Shown in pieces: positions 24,030-37,540 of a stretch of DNA of 64,000 nt (within the stretch, counting starts at the first letter, position 1; each line of letters starts with the position of its first letter). Made by a program: the position numbers and the translations under genes. Below the pieces are notes generated by a model, which saw nothing but the letters and a program-made list of their open reading frames with translations, did no database searches and was not told where the DNA came from. The stretch covers positions 27,466,001-27,530,000 of the forward strand of contig OZ287754.1 of NCBI GenBank assembly GCA_965649765.1. The letters run 5' to 3'. This DNA is from Bispira polyomma (lineage: Eukaryota).

Positions 24030-24950
24030 CCGATTTACCATGGGGAAAGCTGAGATCTATAATTACTCCCCTGTGGGTTGCCCCAGACTTTTTTTCTGGT
24101 CATAAATAGGGATATGTGAAGATTCTTCTTTGAAAGGGCCCAAGATGGCACCAAACTGTTTTTCTTCTTTCAAGTAAGCTTTAACGTCATTCTCACATGC
24201 ACAAACTGAATAATGATAGGGCATTTTCATTTTGTTGGAGCACATTAGTTTGGTCAAAATCTAGGGGAAATACATATCGAATGAGATATGATAATTAATT
24301 CTAACATGACACTGCTGTGTCTGCGATTCTGATTGGCCGACAGCCTCGGTAAAAATAACCGTATACCCATAGAGGGAAAAAAGACTAATTTCGTCCCTAA
24401 CATACTGGATGCCATGTGAATATAGTTCCTTCAATAACGCAATTATGCAGTAAAAAAAGCTAGAAGCAGGAAATAATTTTAATTTGTCATATTAGAATAG
24501 GAATAATGCATTCCAAAACATGATATGCAGTAATTTTTATCACTCTTGGAGCACAGAAATACTATGCCTCCAATTGTAGTAAAAATTACTGTATACCGTG
24601 CCTTGTCATGGGTTGTTCCTATAATATCCAAATAATTGTTCAGTAGTGAGTCTCACTTCTCATGCTTGAGTTTGATTGAACCCGCAATTGTTTCAACATA
24701 AATTAATGTTTTTGCTTTGTATAATTTCTTCATGTAATTGCAGGATGGAAAGTTTCTGGGTAATCGCTTTGACGTGTTCTGGAATTTTTAATTCCCCAGT
24801 GGGATAAATCTGAACTTACCATTGCTTTCGTTTATTCCATTTTTGAAATACATATACTGAATTACACATGCTTTTTCCACTATGTCCTTGGGTCGAACTT
24901 TGACACACAGTTCTAAATCATATTTGTCTTTAGTATTACCTTGTATAGGA
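24030..24950 (-). pseudogene. Ngaro-like pol N-terminal/RT relic, interrupted by an insertion at ~24295-24600
   Basis: KFRFIPLG (compare KFGYIPLG), DVKAYLKEEKQFGAILGPF and DLSFPHG. Confidence 0.65.
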
Positions 24951-27295
24951 GATTAGTCGAGAATCAGGTGTTTCTTTAAAATTTATTATCCGAGCTGAAG
25001 ACTTAAACTGCTGAAAGCTAAGGTGACAGTAACAAATTGTATTTTTGAGTATTGTTTAAAGTCCTTTCGAATTTCTAAATACACATACACCCATTATAAA
25101 TATAAACAAAGGTAAGGCGATACAATTTTATGTTAACATAATTTTATATCATAATTTTGATGAAAAAATGTAAAAAATATTTAAACGTTACTGAATATAA
25201 TCTTCCAATGTAAACTTGAACTGACTAATATATTAAACAAGATCATTCAATAATGTGGCCCAGAAAGGGAACAAGACATTCTTTAAAAAGAAACATCTGT
25301 TTTAAACAATATGTATCACACAAACAAGAGTTTATTTACTATGAATGCCATTGATTCTTTCAAGTTGATACCTGTGTTTAGTATATGGTGGGGTAAAACT
25401 ATTCACGTCACTTTGATCCCCCAAGGGTGTGAACCTGTTGTGCGTGATAATAGTAAAACTACTACCCGAGTGGTGTACATTAACCAAATATATGACGAAA
25501 GAAGATAAACAGTACAATACGGGCCTGGTTGGGCGAGTGTTTTATATTTATTAACCACTTATATAATTATTATGTTTTTTTTAGATCAAAATCTAACACA
25601 AAACAGTCAGAAAGAGCACTAAAATAATGAAAATTCACGGTAAAGTATATATTACAACCAAAAGGTATTGACTGGTCACTTCAGAGAATGAGCTTGAAAT
25701 ACAAACCTCTAGAACACTAAAAAAAATCGAGTTTTGTGTGCAATGTCATCGCATAATGCTTATTTTTCATACAATACAGAAGTTTGAAACATTTTATAGA
25801 TTAGTTTGTTTAGTATGACAATATTAAAACACCCCATAACTCTATATGCCGGTAGTTTATGTTTCAAAACCTTTCATTATGACGTCCCATTGCAAATCTT
25901 AAAGCCAAGAAGTACACAGTTGGTGCCATAAATAATTACCTTAAAATTCGTAGGGAGCATGAAATGAACTGGTTTGACTACATTTTTCACCTCTAACCTG
26001 TGCAGGGTTGCTGTTAGGGATGCCCCGTTTCTTTTTTTGGTCAGCATAGGTTCTGTTGTTAATCTTGCTCAATTAACCACTCCAATTGTGGGTGGCTCAC
26101 ATTCATGTGAACAACTTGACTATGCAAAAAGGTTATTGTGTATATTAGAAATGGCCTGTGGGTGACCATAATCTTTTTTATATCATTTGACTAACTTTAC
26201 TGCAGTCCATTGCTGCATATTGGTTGGATCTATGTAACTCTAGTCACATAGCACATATATGCGTGTATGAAGTACCCCCGGGTTTCATGGTCCCCATTTC
26301 TGAGGACACGTACCCTTTTTTTAAAAAAAACTGACACAGGGTACCTTTCTCATGATTTGATTTTTTTGTTTTAGTCAAACAGTTGCTTGACTTTTGAAAT
26401 TTCCCCCAATCCACTTTTGGGCATGTGTCCTTCTCATCCTATCAATTTTTGTGGTTTCCCCCATGTGACTTTGGCCTCCTCCATCCTACAGAGGAGAACT
26501 GTGTAAAGTGCAGAGTCCCAAGTAAAATCATGGCTGTGTTCCATCATCTCGGGCCTAAAACTCAACCATTTGATTCCTGGTTTCCATGTCTTTGTCTTCT
26601 CTTATGATACTGCCAAAGCCTGAGACTCACTGGGCCATGGAATGGCCACCACACAGCATTCTATTTGTTGATTGTCCACCTAGGATAAAGTTCTGCTACC
26701 ACATGACTTGCTTCTTAAGCCAGACAGTCTCCCTACCCTTTGTGATTTAAATTTAACTGTTTCGTTCAGGTCCTGCAGCTCCTACAGCCAAAAGTCCACT
26801 GCTGACTATAACTGGACTGTCTAAGTATCTGAAGGGATGGCATATGACATCATCAGTGCCACGTAACTATCTTGTCTGCTGCTCATTTACTCTGCTAGTA
26901 GGAAACTTGGCTGCTAGTGGCAGGTTGACTCATTGCCCCACAGCTTACATAATTGTCTTTCCGCAGTAGACACATTGGTGGCACACTTTTCACCCACGGT
27001 GTAACTGATAACTGACTGTACAAAGTACAACCTGTCATCAAGTATAACATGTCATCCCACTGCCTTCAATTATTGTAGGATACGTAAGATGATCTCAGCT
27101 GGTGAGACTTAACTCGCCTCATCCGATACAACACTGTTCAACGAATTTACATTTGTTCATTTATGGGCTTCTTATGACTCGCTATTGATCTAGATAAAAT
27201 AGTAAAACTAACCTAGTGGTGTACATTAAAAAAGTAATTGACGAAAGAAGATAATCAGTACAATACAAGGCCGGTAGGGTTTCGGTGAGTCATAT

Positions 27296-27998
27296 ATTTT
27301 TTTAATATACACTACAATGGTTGTTTTACCTTTATATCGACTTATAAAATACCATTATTATGCTTATATAGGTCAAAATATAACATAAACATGTAAATCC
27401 TCCATACACTAAACCAAGACATGGAAAAGATCTGCTAGCAGATACTGCGTTTATTACATAATAAATCTAAATCTATAATTTATATACATTTCTATACGGT
27501 TATACATGAGTATATTTTACATTTAACATCAAGTTGACCTTGACAACAGGTCTGATAGTATTTGTACAATATTTGTTACATGTTTAAGTTGACCTTAATC
27601 ACAGGTCAATACTGTACACTTTAAGTGGACCTTAACTTGAGTTACTACAATCCAGCAATTTAAGGTTGCCTTAAACAATGGCCTAAGGTGGCCTTAATGT
27701 TTACGTATATCTTGACTTACATTCATCAAGCTATACTTTACTGTCCACTGTAAAGTTACCTTAACCTTTGGCCTAAGGTGGCCTTAACTTTTTATGCACT
27801 TTAAGTCTAAGGATATAATTTAAGTGTATGAGTACATAATTGAATAATAAAAACATAAAACTGGCATATACAAGACCCTCATATAGTCCTATATTTTTTT
27901 AATATACACCACAAGGGTTGTTTTACATTTATTATCCACTTTTAAAATACCATTATTATGCTTAAAAAGGTCAAAATATAACACAAAACATGTAAATT
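27296..27998. repeat. ~105-bp diverged direct repeats (27296-27398, 27891-27997) flanking a TAAGGT/ACCTTA-rich segment
   Basis: Both repeats contain aatatacac.acaa.ggttgttttac..aaaataccattattatgctta..ggtcaaaatataaca. The interior carries many gaccttaa / taaggtggccttaa motifs. Confidence 0.7.
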
Positions 27999-29183
27999 CC
28001 GAAAAACATTGGAAATTCGCGACAAATTGTATCTACAAACAACAACTGACTTGTCACCTTGAAGAAGTACCTTCAAATACAAACTTATACAGCACTAAAA
28101 ATCGAGTTCTGTATGCAATAACATTGAATAATGCTTATATTTGTATATGTGAAATTTTTTAAACAGTTGGTGGATTAATTTGTTAACTCTTACAATATTA
28201 AAACAATCCCGAACTATATAGTGTTTGTTTACGTTTTAAAACCTTCCATTATGACGTCACAATGCAAGTCTGGAAGCTAAAAGTAGGGCTTTTATAGAAT
28301 TAACTTCGAATTCGTATTTATATAGCACTAAAAATGGCATTTTAATATACTGTTAATACACTGTTATGTAGTGTAAGGTTTATATTTGATATTAACTACA
28401 CTTTTTAACAACGTTCTCTGTCTGCAATATTGCGTAAAATTGACACTAAGAACGTTGCAAATTTCTGTAACCACTGCAGATTTTATATACACATTTACGG
28501 GCGCCGGGTGATATGAAAATGTCATACTTACGTCACAGTGGATAATAAAATATTACAGTGTGCTTTGATGCCTGCGTTCATTGTAAAAGAGAAAGCAAAA
28601 TGGTTTGTAAATGAAATAATGGAAAATATCTACATTAAAACGTTGAAACATATAAAATACTAGAAACAGTCCTCCATTTTGTTCCTCCAACAACCCAGGT
28701 AGAGTTGTATGCGTATGTATTAAAGCATTTGATTAATCAGGGACACTCCAGTCTCCACTCATAAGTCTTCAAGGACACCAATTGTAGAACACAGACTGTA
28801 AAGACCCATGAAATGGAAATGTATTTGCACTTAAAATGGCGTCTTGCCTCTTGGAATTATCAAGGAATGTATAGCTAATTTGGTTAATTTGAACCAATGA
28901 TGTTTGAGGTTATTCGAACAAGAATAGTCTGACTAAACTTTACTGTTTAGCACTAACCATGCTAGCCCCTCCGGACTACCTTGCAAATTATTGGAGCTGG
29001 TCCTTCACCTATGAAATATGAATTACGTGTTGTATTACATATATACTAAGAATATCAATTTATTAATAATTTGATGCCTTTACCAGGTGCAATATATGAC
29101 ATACATGAGTATGGTGATCTTACAAAATGTTTATTATGAGACAAGTTAATGAAAGGTGTAGCTCTCCCACCACAACAGCCAAA

Positions 29184-30420
29184 CTAGGGAGTAGTAGATG
29201 TGGGGGAAAAAGCTTTCTTCAAAGCCAAAACTACCTGAGGACTTGTTTCTGGGTTTTCCATTATGTAACGCCCAACTTGTTGAAGGCGCCCGAATCCGAA
29301 TGATGGAATGCATGGAAAAAAAGATATCCTTAGGGAGACCAGAAAGTGTTTGTACAGTTTTCTGGTGAGCACATACTCTGCCTTCAGTGACTATTTCAAT
29401 TTCAACCTACATCTGACTTCAGCATAAACAGGAGGACAATGGCCGCATAGCGCAGAGAGAAGAGAACAGTTCAAGTAACTGGACCAATTTGACTAAATCG
29501 TGATTTTACATTGTTTTAGACCATTTATGAGTATGTGAGACCCTTGTGGGTGAAATAAAATGTCCTGTCTAGAAAGATGTCTACAAAGATCAAACAATTT
29601 GCTGGATTGGGGGACAAGATTGGACAATCTCAGGAAAGAAAAAAAATAGACTACCAGACAAAATGGATTTGAAAATTTGCCACATGAAAGTGTAATCACA
29701 TAAGTTGAATAATTTAAGGAGGATATCAATATAAATGAAAGCCCTTAACTTTTTAACCAGTGGTATGTTGATGAAGATTGATTTGCGAAACAGTCTTACC
29801 CTTGGCCAGTGACGGCTGATAGTGTCACTCCATACACAGTGAGGAAGGACTTAATAGCTGTCAAGTTATTGGTCATTACTGAGGGAGAAGCTTTGTTATA
29901 GGTAAGTGACTCTAGATATGCTAAAATGTGGGATGCTTGCATAGATAAAAGGTCTGCCTGAATAAAGCCAGAGAATGCAATGAAGTTTCTGAAAAAGCTT
30001 TAAAAAGCTCTATTAGTTGATGGTTGGAATGCTGACAGCAACCTGCGGACAGCTCCAGAGGCAAGCAGCTTACCCACAGGTGTACCTATAACTACATATC
30101 CCAATTTAAATGTAAAAGTTCTTTATAAAGTGGAACCCAAGCTGGGTTGGAAATATTACTATGTAACTGCTGATATTGGCGGGCAGTACCCTGCTAAGGT
30201 GATCACAAATCAGCTGTGTAGTTGAGTTTCCCTAGTATGTGAACCAATTTAGCATCAGTCGTATGCACGACCATTTCCATGGCAATGTTCTAGCACAGGT
30301 GGCTAAATAAGTGTCTCTTGTTTTGCCTGTGGACTGAAAAATGACCACAACCTGATTGTCAAATCTAATAAGAATTTTGTGGTCCTTCCAGAAATTATCG
30401 CATAGACATAAAGCCACAAA
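29184..30420 (-). pseudogene. Degenerate RNase H + tyrosine recombinase of another Ngaro-like element
   Basis: ILIRFDNQVVV..GKTRDTYLATCAR (RH); RRLLSAFQPST, FFSFLRLSNLVP..FD..RHLSRQDI, and C-terminal RYI..QVVLALKKAF (YR). Confidence 0.8.
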
Positions 30421-30874
30421 TATGTTCAGTGAAGAAGATAGCAGTTAATGTTCATGTGCCCATCCACAAAACAGATAATGGTGGTATATATAATCAGAAC
30501 ACGAGAAGACAACCAACAACCACACACTGGTTAACACGAAGATAGAAGTCGACCCAAAGCTCCATCAAATTTGGTTGCAATAACTTGCAGACAGTCCTCC
30601 CAATTGGGCAATTAAAAATGTAGTGTAATTAAACCAGCCGTTGTGGATAATGCGCATGTGAGTTACACAGAATATAATAAACTTTAATTTTGTTACATAT
30701 CAAAGAACCAAGTCTATGAAATTCTATTCTGTAAATACCTGTATATTTTTTATAGAACTTAATACCTGTCAGATATGGACAGCTGAGCAATGCATTCTCA
30801 TTACAGATGTTAAATTATTCTTTAAACAAATTATGTCTTGAGGATATTGGAGTATTATATCTACATAATGTTAA

Positions 30875-32128
30875 TGGTGCTGTTCCACTGTGAACATCTA
30901 TCGGGAGCAGCCCTGATTTTAGGGTACACCGGACGTAATGCCTTAGCATCCTGGTTAAGCCTGATGATCCAGGATTGATGTGGACACAGTCCTTGTGATC
31001 CGAACACCAAATAACATAATCGAGAAGTTTCTGAACATATCCGGAAAATCCCGCGATTGGAGATTTTACCCCCCCTCTGCACCCGGAAAATCGGAAGTCA
31101 CCGCCAGTACCCCCAATGCCAACCCGGTCAATTTTCATGTCAGCCCGAGTAATCGTGGTCAATTTCTCCCTCATTGACCTTAACAAATTGGGGGAGTCTT
31201 CATGATTAATCCACCTGACAATCCGATTGGCCACCGCGATTGCAAAATTAACCGAGTTGCTTTCTCGATTGTTAGGATTACTCGAGGTGACACACAATAA
31301 CGATTAGCCGGGTAGGGTTGATTCTAACAATCAGGATGGTTATTTTTTTTAAGATTTTAGAAAATATTTTATAGAAAAATATTATTATTAATTAGTTAAA
31401 AATGCCATCCAAGGAGAGCAAAGGCTAAGGCAAGAAGAAGAGGATGACTTCAACGGTGGATGATAAAGAGTCCAGGTTTTATGTGGGATTTTCACTTCAG
31501 GAGGGGGAGGAGGAGGTTCGACAGGAAACACCACCACCATCCGAGAGGATTTTTGAAGAAGAAGAAGTAGTGAGGCCATCAGAAGGAGAAGGAGAATGAG
31601 AAGCAGCAGTAATGACTGAATCCGATCCGGACAAGTCCGCCGGCAGGGTGACACCCACCAGAAAATACAAGAGGAGGAAAACAAAGAGTGTCTCGCTGAC
31701 AGTACTGGAGACAGAAGCCCTGGTCGCCTACAGAACACGACTTTCTCTTCAACAAGGGAAATAAGGACTACAAGGACATTGTCAAGAAGGAAGCTTGTTG
31801 GGCTGAAATCGCGGCTAAGATGGGCAGGGGCAAAGAAAGGAGGGCATGACAAAACCCAGGCTGACATATTACCAGACAATCTGTTGATTGAGGGGGTGGG
31901 GGTGGGGGGGCAATTAATCTGCTTATCGGACCCCCTGGGACCCCGGTTAAAAGTAGCAATCTTAATGGAATTGTTGTGTCCCTAGCGATCACCCGGGGTG
32001 TAGCCCCGTATAATCGAGGTCATTTAATAATTTTTGAAGTATTTCCGATCCCGAGAATTCAGCAGGGTGCCCCTAGGATTGTGAAAAATGGGGCTGCCCC
32101 AATCAATCCTCACAGTGGAACAGGGGCG
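30875..32128 (+). mobile_element. Internally deleted PIF/Harbinger element retaining a Myb/SANT-like (MADF) ORF fragment
   Basis: Imperfect ~38-bp TIR (ctgttccactgtga..gcagccc) with taa/tta flanks. 31402-31830 encodes an acidic N-terminus followed by EHDFLFNKGNKDYKDIVKKEACWAEIAAKMG. Confidence 0.7.
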
Positions 32129-33039
32129 TTAGTGTCTGAGATATGACTATTAAATCAATCAATACTAATTTGGTTTTTTGTTGTTGTCAACATTGCAAAC
32201 TAATAAAATTGATCATGTACTATTCAATTTACTTTCCAATTTCTAATTAAATATATGGTGTACATTCTAACCCCCTTACAATAGAATTATCTAAAGTCCA
32301 CTTCTGTTTAATATGGAGAAAAGTCTCTAGTTCCGCGAAGGAACTTCCTATAAAGCCTACCCTATTATTTGTAAAATTAAGGTTTGATTTGAATTAGGGT
32401 TCAGCTTTACTTTGGTATCGAAAAGAAAAGCATGGTTATTTGGAATCCAGTTTTAATCATTTCTACTACCTATAGTTACCGTGACATATTACAGGCATCT
32501 AACGTTCACTGATAATACCTGCATCAATAAAACTTTAGCTAAAAGCCTTTTGAAAGTGTATATAAACAACATATTTATCAAATGCAAATTGTGGGTCAAA
32601 GAAGACACATCCATTTGATTAATACAAATTTTCCCCTGAAAAAATGCAACATGATGAACAACATTTGTTTGTTTGTTGAATCCATAGCCCCTGTCAAATC
32701 CATTAGTTGTGACAATACTGTATTTACAATGAACTGCTTCATGTGCAATGAATTCATACACAAGAAAACCTGTTCTATGAATATCCAGTGCCAGTCAATA
32801 TTCCTGGTTACGAACATAAAAAGTTCTTATTGTCCTGCTAGCCATTGCCGCCACCTGACACAACACCTGATTGTTCAAATTTATTTGTGCTGGTGTCAAG
32901 TACATCAAAAGCTAATCACCTGTCTTTATTAGCACTGATGGCCCCTAACAATGATAGATTCACAGAGGCAGACAGATTGCCTAGTAGGTGTTGAAACCCT
33001 TCATACTATTATACCACATTTTCAGATGAGCCCTAAAGC

Positions 33040-33610
33040 ATTTGTCTATATATGCTTCAGCTACAAAGCTTATGTCCTATATGCTTCAGTTACAAAGCAT
33101 ATGTTTCTGTTCTATATAATGCAACTGCCAAGCTTATATTTATGTTATGTATACTCCAAGTACCAATTTTTTGTTTATATTCTATTATACTTCAACTACC
33201 AAACTTCTGTTTACGTTTATATACTTCAAGTACCAAGCTTCTCTTATGTTCTGTATACTTCAAGTACCAAGATTCTGTCTATGGTATATATAATTCAAGT
33301 ACTAAATTTCTGTTAATGCTCTGTATATTTGAGTATTAAGCTTCTGTTTATGTTCTGTACACTTCAAGTACCAAAGCTCTGTTTATACTCTGTATACTTT
33401 AAGTACCAAATACCCGTCCCAATATAACCTAAAACGGTACTAGAGTGGATGTTAAATATCCAAATTCAAAAAAAATTCTTGATTCTGCTCTATATTTTTT
33501 TCAGTACCAAGCTTTTGTTCTATATGTTCTTAGTATTAAGCTCTTATTTATGCTCCATATGTTCCAAGTACTTAACTCTTTTTTTTTGGCTCTATATGTC
33601 GCAAGTACTT
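33040..33610. repeat. Minisatellite array (same family as 4080-4790) containing a short SINE tail at 33411-33470
   Basis: Repeated tcaagtaccaag units. tacccgtcccaatataacct..ggtactagagtggatgttaaatatccaaattcaaa matches the 3' end of the 41795 SINE. Confidence 0.85.
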
Positions 33611-34417
33611 AGCCAAAGCTTATTTGGCTTTGCTCAAAGATGTGGGATTTGAATCATGTAGTAGTCCAGTAAGGGTGACTGGTTTGTTGCCACATCGCTG
33701 ACAAAGAAAGGTATACTGGCAGGGTGTACATCTTCTGCTGTCAGTTTAGATGTTACTATTGATACTATAAATATCGCCGCAAAGCTCCTCTTATTTGTCT
33801 GTTAAGTTTGTGACTATTGGACTATGAACTCACTGGGCCCAGGAACTGAGGTTTAACACAATGTTTTCAGGAAACTTCTATTATAAAGTATTTGTCCTTT
33901 TACATTATATTTGTAGTTTGTAGTTTATAAATCTTGACATTTTATGTAACATCAATTCTCAGTTTGGTAGCTACTGCTAGAGGGTTTATGTCTTAATTCT
34001 CAGAAAGAATTCCCCTTGCAGTGTGGAGAATGTGTATCAGATAATTTTAAATTAGATGCTGTAGAAATTCTTGTATATTGAGTGACAGCTGCAGTGTCTA
34101 TTGTAGCATTTTGATTGGTTTGTTTCTGTCAATAATTGCATCTAGCTTAAGTATATTTGATTTGAATGCCCTATAGGTTTAGTATATTTAGCATTGATGG
34201 CCTGTATGTTAAGTTTATTTTTTATTAATAGCCTTTATGTTCAGATTATTTGTGTCCTGAATTGCCTCTCTATTTCTGTTTCTATTTGTGTTCTGAATTG
34301 CCTCTCTGTTTCTTTTAATTGTGGTTGTATTGTAAATATATTATATCAATATTTATAGAGAACAATACATGTTCTCTGCACACTTACTTTAAAGCTACAG
34401 CCCGATAACACAAGTTC

Positions 34418-35563
34418 ATGATGAATGCTTTAATCCGAAACATTAAAAGTATTAGTGCAATAGTTCTTGCATTGACTGGAGTAGGCTTGTATTTTGACAG
34501 CCACATGATTTTATTAGAGTCTTCGAAGGCGATGATATCAAAAGACAAGAGTGATGAAATTACAAGGACAAACTTGGCTATGAGTATGGAGTCTATCAAC
34601 AAGACTGTACATATTGCAATGTTAGTAACTGGAGATAAGTATGTGCACTACAGCCTGATGACAATGAAAGCTGTGTTGTTTTCCACTAAATGGTTTGTTC
34701 AATATTACATTCTGTCTGAAGATAATTCCACAGCAAAACTAAACCAAGAGATCGCCACCTGGCCAGCACATAGAAGGACTCAAGTGACTCTTGTGCCAAT
34801 CCAACTGAATTGTCCTGTGTTGTTACGGGAGACACTCTTCAGTCATCTACAAAGCAAAGCGGTGAAAATCTGTGCATATGAGACACTGGTATATTCACCA
34901 CTTATTTCCAAAATAACACTCAAGGTGATCTTCATGGATACAGACATGATGGCTTTTGATGACATCAGTGAGCTGTGGCATGTTTTCCAGCAGTTTGACG
35001 AACAACATACTATGGCTACGTCAATAGCTTTCATGTACAAAGTACAAAAGAGGTATACAGAGGCTAAAGGGGAAATCATGCAGGATGGCCACGGCATGAA
35101 TTCTGGTCTAATGCTCATGCACTTACAGCATCTGAGAGAAATGGCATTCATAGATGTTCTGATTGAGAGCAGCAACTTGCAGATGAGCGGTCTAAATCCG
35201 GTTGATGACCAAGATCTGCTGTGTCTGTATTTTCACCTTCGTCCTGAGCAGCACTACCCCTTGAACTGTGAGTGGAATTTCCTCCGACCAATGTTTCAAT
35301 GTGAAGACAAGGCCCGTGTCAACTGTAGCAAGGCCGAGGTACATGGCATACGGATGTACCATGCAACATCAGTTCATAAGTTTGAAACAGGGCCATTCAC
35401 TGAAATCTTTTCCTGTTTTGATAACATGAATTTTCATCAGCTGTCTAAATCAATGCAGTGCCTCGAAGTACATCTAATGAGATTTAAGAATTGTAAGTGT
35501 ACTGTGGGGAATAATAACTTGCTAATAAAGCTTGAAAACACACTTTCACTGAATCATCAGTGA
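34418..35563 (+). CDS. GXYLT-like GT8 glycosyltransferase, single coding exon, paralogue 2
   Basis: Intact 381-aa ORF with 38 substitutions versus paralogue 1 (hand count, ~90% identity). All GT8 motifs retained; AATAAA at 35698. Confidence 0.85.
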   Translation: MMNALIRNIKSISAIVLALTGVGLYFDSHMILLESSKAMISKDKSDEITRTNLAMSMESINKTVHIAMLVTGDKYVHYSLMTMKAVLFSTKWFVQYYILSEDNSTAKLNQEIATWPAHRRTQVTLVPIQLNCPVLLRETLFSHLQSKAVKICAYETLVYSPLISKITLKVIFMDTDMMAFDDISELWHVFQQFDEQHTMATSIAFMYKVQKRYTEAKGEIMQDGHGMNSGLMLMHLQHLREMAFIDVLIESSNLQMSGLNPVDDQDLLCLYFHLRPEQHYPLNCEWNFLRPMFQCEDKARVNCSKAEVHGIRMYHATSVHKFETGPFTEIFSCFDNMNFHQLSKSMQCLEVHLMRFKNCKCTVGNNNLLIKLENTLSLNHQ

Positions 35564-36489
35564 CAAACATTTACATTATTTATTTAAACCAATGAATGTA
35601 GTTTGATGCACTGTTTAGTGTATGTTGTGGCACATGCTCGAGTGCTTGCATTTCAGGTATAACTGGTCCTAGAGCAGGTTTAGAATGTGACAACAGTAAT
35701 AAATAAATTATTGTCGTGAATTATTTGAGCTACTTGGATTTGATACTAAATCTTTTGTTCAAGGTCAGAGGTACAAGATGACACATAACATTCCATATTG
35801 ATTCTGAAGTTGGAAAAGTGAAAGCACCCAGAGTGACTGCATATATTTAGAGCAAACTGAACAATTCTTTTTTTTTAAATTAACCTTTTATCTGTGTATC
35901 GTGGACTTATTATTAGGATCTCCAAGGAATTTAATTTGGGTATTTAGTCCCATGGTATTAACCCCAGTTATGTAGTATTGTAAGTATGGATCAAAGTATG
36001 TAGTTGGGCCAAAATCAAACACTAATACACAATTGTAGTAATCTTAACAGGGAGCCAATGGAGAGACTTTAGAACGGATGAAACATTTGAAATCATTAAA
36101 AGCATTAAATGTCACCGACCTATGGCAAGTACCTGCCAAACTTTCCCCACATAAAGGAACATCTATTAGTGAGAAGCCAGTGATTGTGAAGCAGTCGCTT
36201 CTAACTAGTCAGAAGAAAATTTCACAAATTTACAATATTCACAGGAATTAATTTTTAACTGTCAGATAGCTATTACTTAAAGAAAATCAATGTAATTTCA
36301 AATTTGCCCTGGCCACTAATGTTTGCTTTAATGATTGTCCATACTTAAAATAGCTAAAGAATAATCCCTTGTAAAAATGTCCACCTATACAGGGGCCTAA
36401 GCAGTGTAGCAGTAACATGTAGCGGTCCTCCCACTTCTGCAGATGTAGGTTCGAGTTAGGATCACAATTTATTGTGGTGTTTCCACATG

Positions 36490-36692
36490 TTTATGTTTAT
36501 ATACTTCAAGTACCAAGCTTCTGTTTATGTTCTTTATACTTCAAGTACCAAGTTTATGTTCTATATAATTCAAGTACCAAGATTCTGTTTGCTCTATATG
36601 TTCCAAGCATAAAGCTCTTGTTCCGTATGTTTAAGTATCAAACTTTTGTTTATACTCTGTATGTTCACTTATTTGGCTTACTCATAGATGTG
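36490..36692. repeat. Short third copy of the minisatellite with the same downstream terminus
   Basis: About five units followed by cttatttggcttactcatagatgtg, matching the array ends at ~4790 and ~33620. Confidence 0.75.
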
Positions 36693-37084
36693 CTAGGTAG
36701 CCCCTCTCGGGGATAACGGGGTCAGTGCTGGACATTAAACCCACTGTTTAAACTATTCTGGTCGGTGTGTGTCTTTGTACATGTTGTGGATTGCAACAAG
36801 AAGCATCTGACTGTTGCTGGCATCTGTTGTTGTGTTATAATCAACTTGCTTGAACATATGCGAATTCTACTCTCTTGTTGGAGCTATCTATGAGGACCGT
36901 ATCTAATTTATCTTGTTTAAAGTGTAATATTTTTTACAAATCATTCTATAACTAAGCCCTTATTTGCATTTGAATCTGCATATACCAAAGCACAGTGTGA
37001 GATTTCTGTTTTCTCGAAAATGCCACGAAAAAACTTTGATTGTTCGGCATGTAGTAACAGACATAAAAAACGAGGAATTTAAAT

Positions 37085-37540
37085 TTGTTGACCATGAGGA
37101 TGTTTCGGACAATACCTAGAGAAATGGACAATACTGACATTTCAAATGCTGTTGTTAATCTACGTATATTCCAAGAACTAAAACAATTGAGTAGACTTAT
37201 GTCTGTAATGGAAGAGCGAGTTAAACGATCGGAGCAGAAGGCTGTAGCCACCTCCCCTCGGGAGATTTTTGTGCAATTATCCTCTCCTGGGACTACTGCG
37301 ACAGAGGCAGCCATTAGCAGCACTGACGATACCTTAGTTCCCTCACTGAGTACCTTGAAGTCATCCCAAAGGCTACAATGGGCAGTTGACTCCAGATTGA
37401 AGAATTTGGTGGACATGAATGAATCAGGTAACCATAGGTCTCAGAGAGACAGTCCTGATACTGGTTGGGCTAAGCAACAAGTCGCCTGGCCTCAAAACCA
37501 TATTCTTGGTGAGACGAAAGTAATGTTGAAGTAAAAATTT
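37085..37540 (+). pseudogene. gag relic of a third Ngaro-like family
   Basis: VNLRIFQELKQLS (compare VNLQILSEL*QLG), LVPSLSTLK, VDSRL..L, GNHRSQR, VAWPQNHILG. Confidence 0.75.

Larger units (their letters stand above)
32765..36195 (+). repeat. Segmental duplication, copy 2 (paralogous to ~3800-7680)
   Basis: Colinear similarity as described for copy 1. Confidence 0.9.

Noticed and set aside
26400-27110. GC-richer segment with Cys pairs on the minus strand
   Set aside because: Too degraded to assign; needs a translated search. The same applies to 1533-1810 and 37580-37940.
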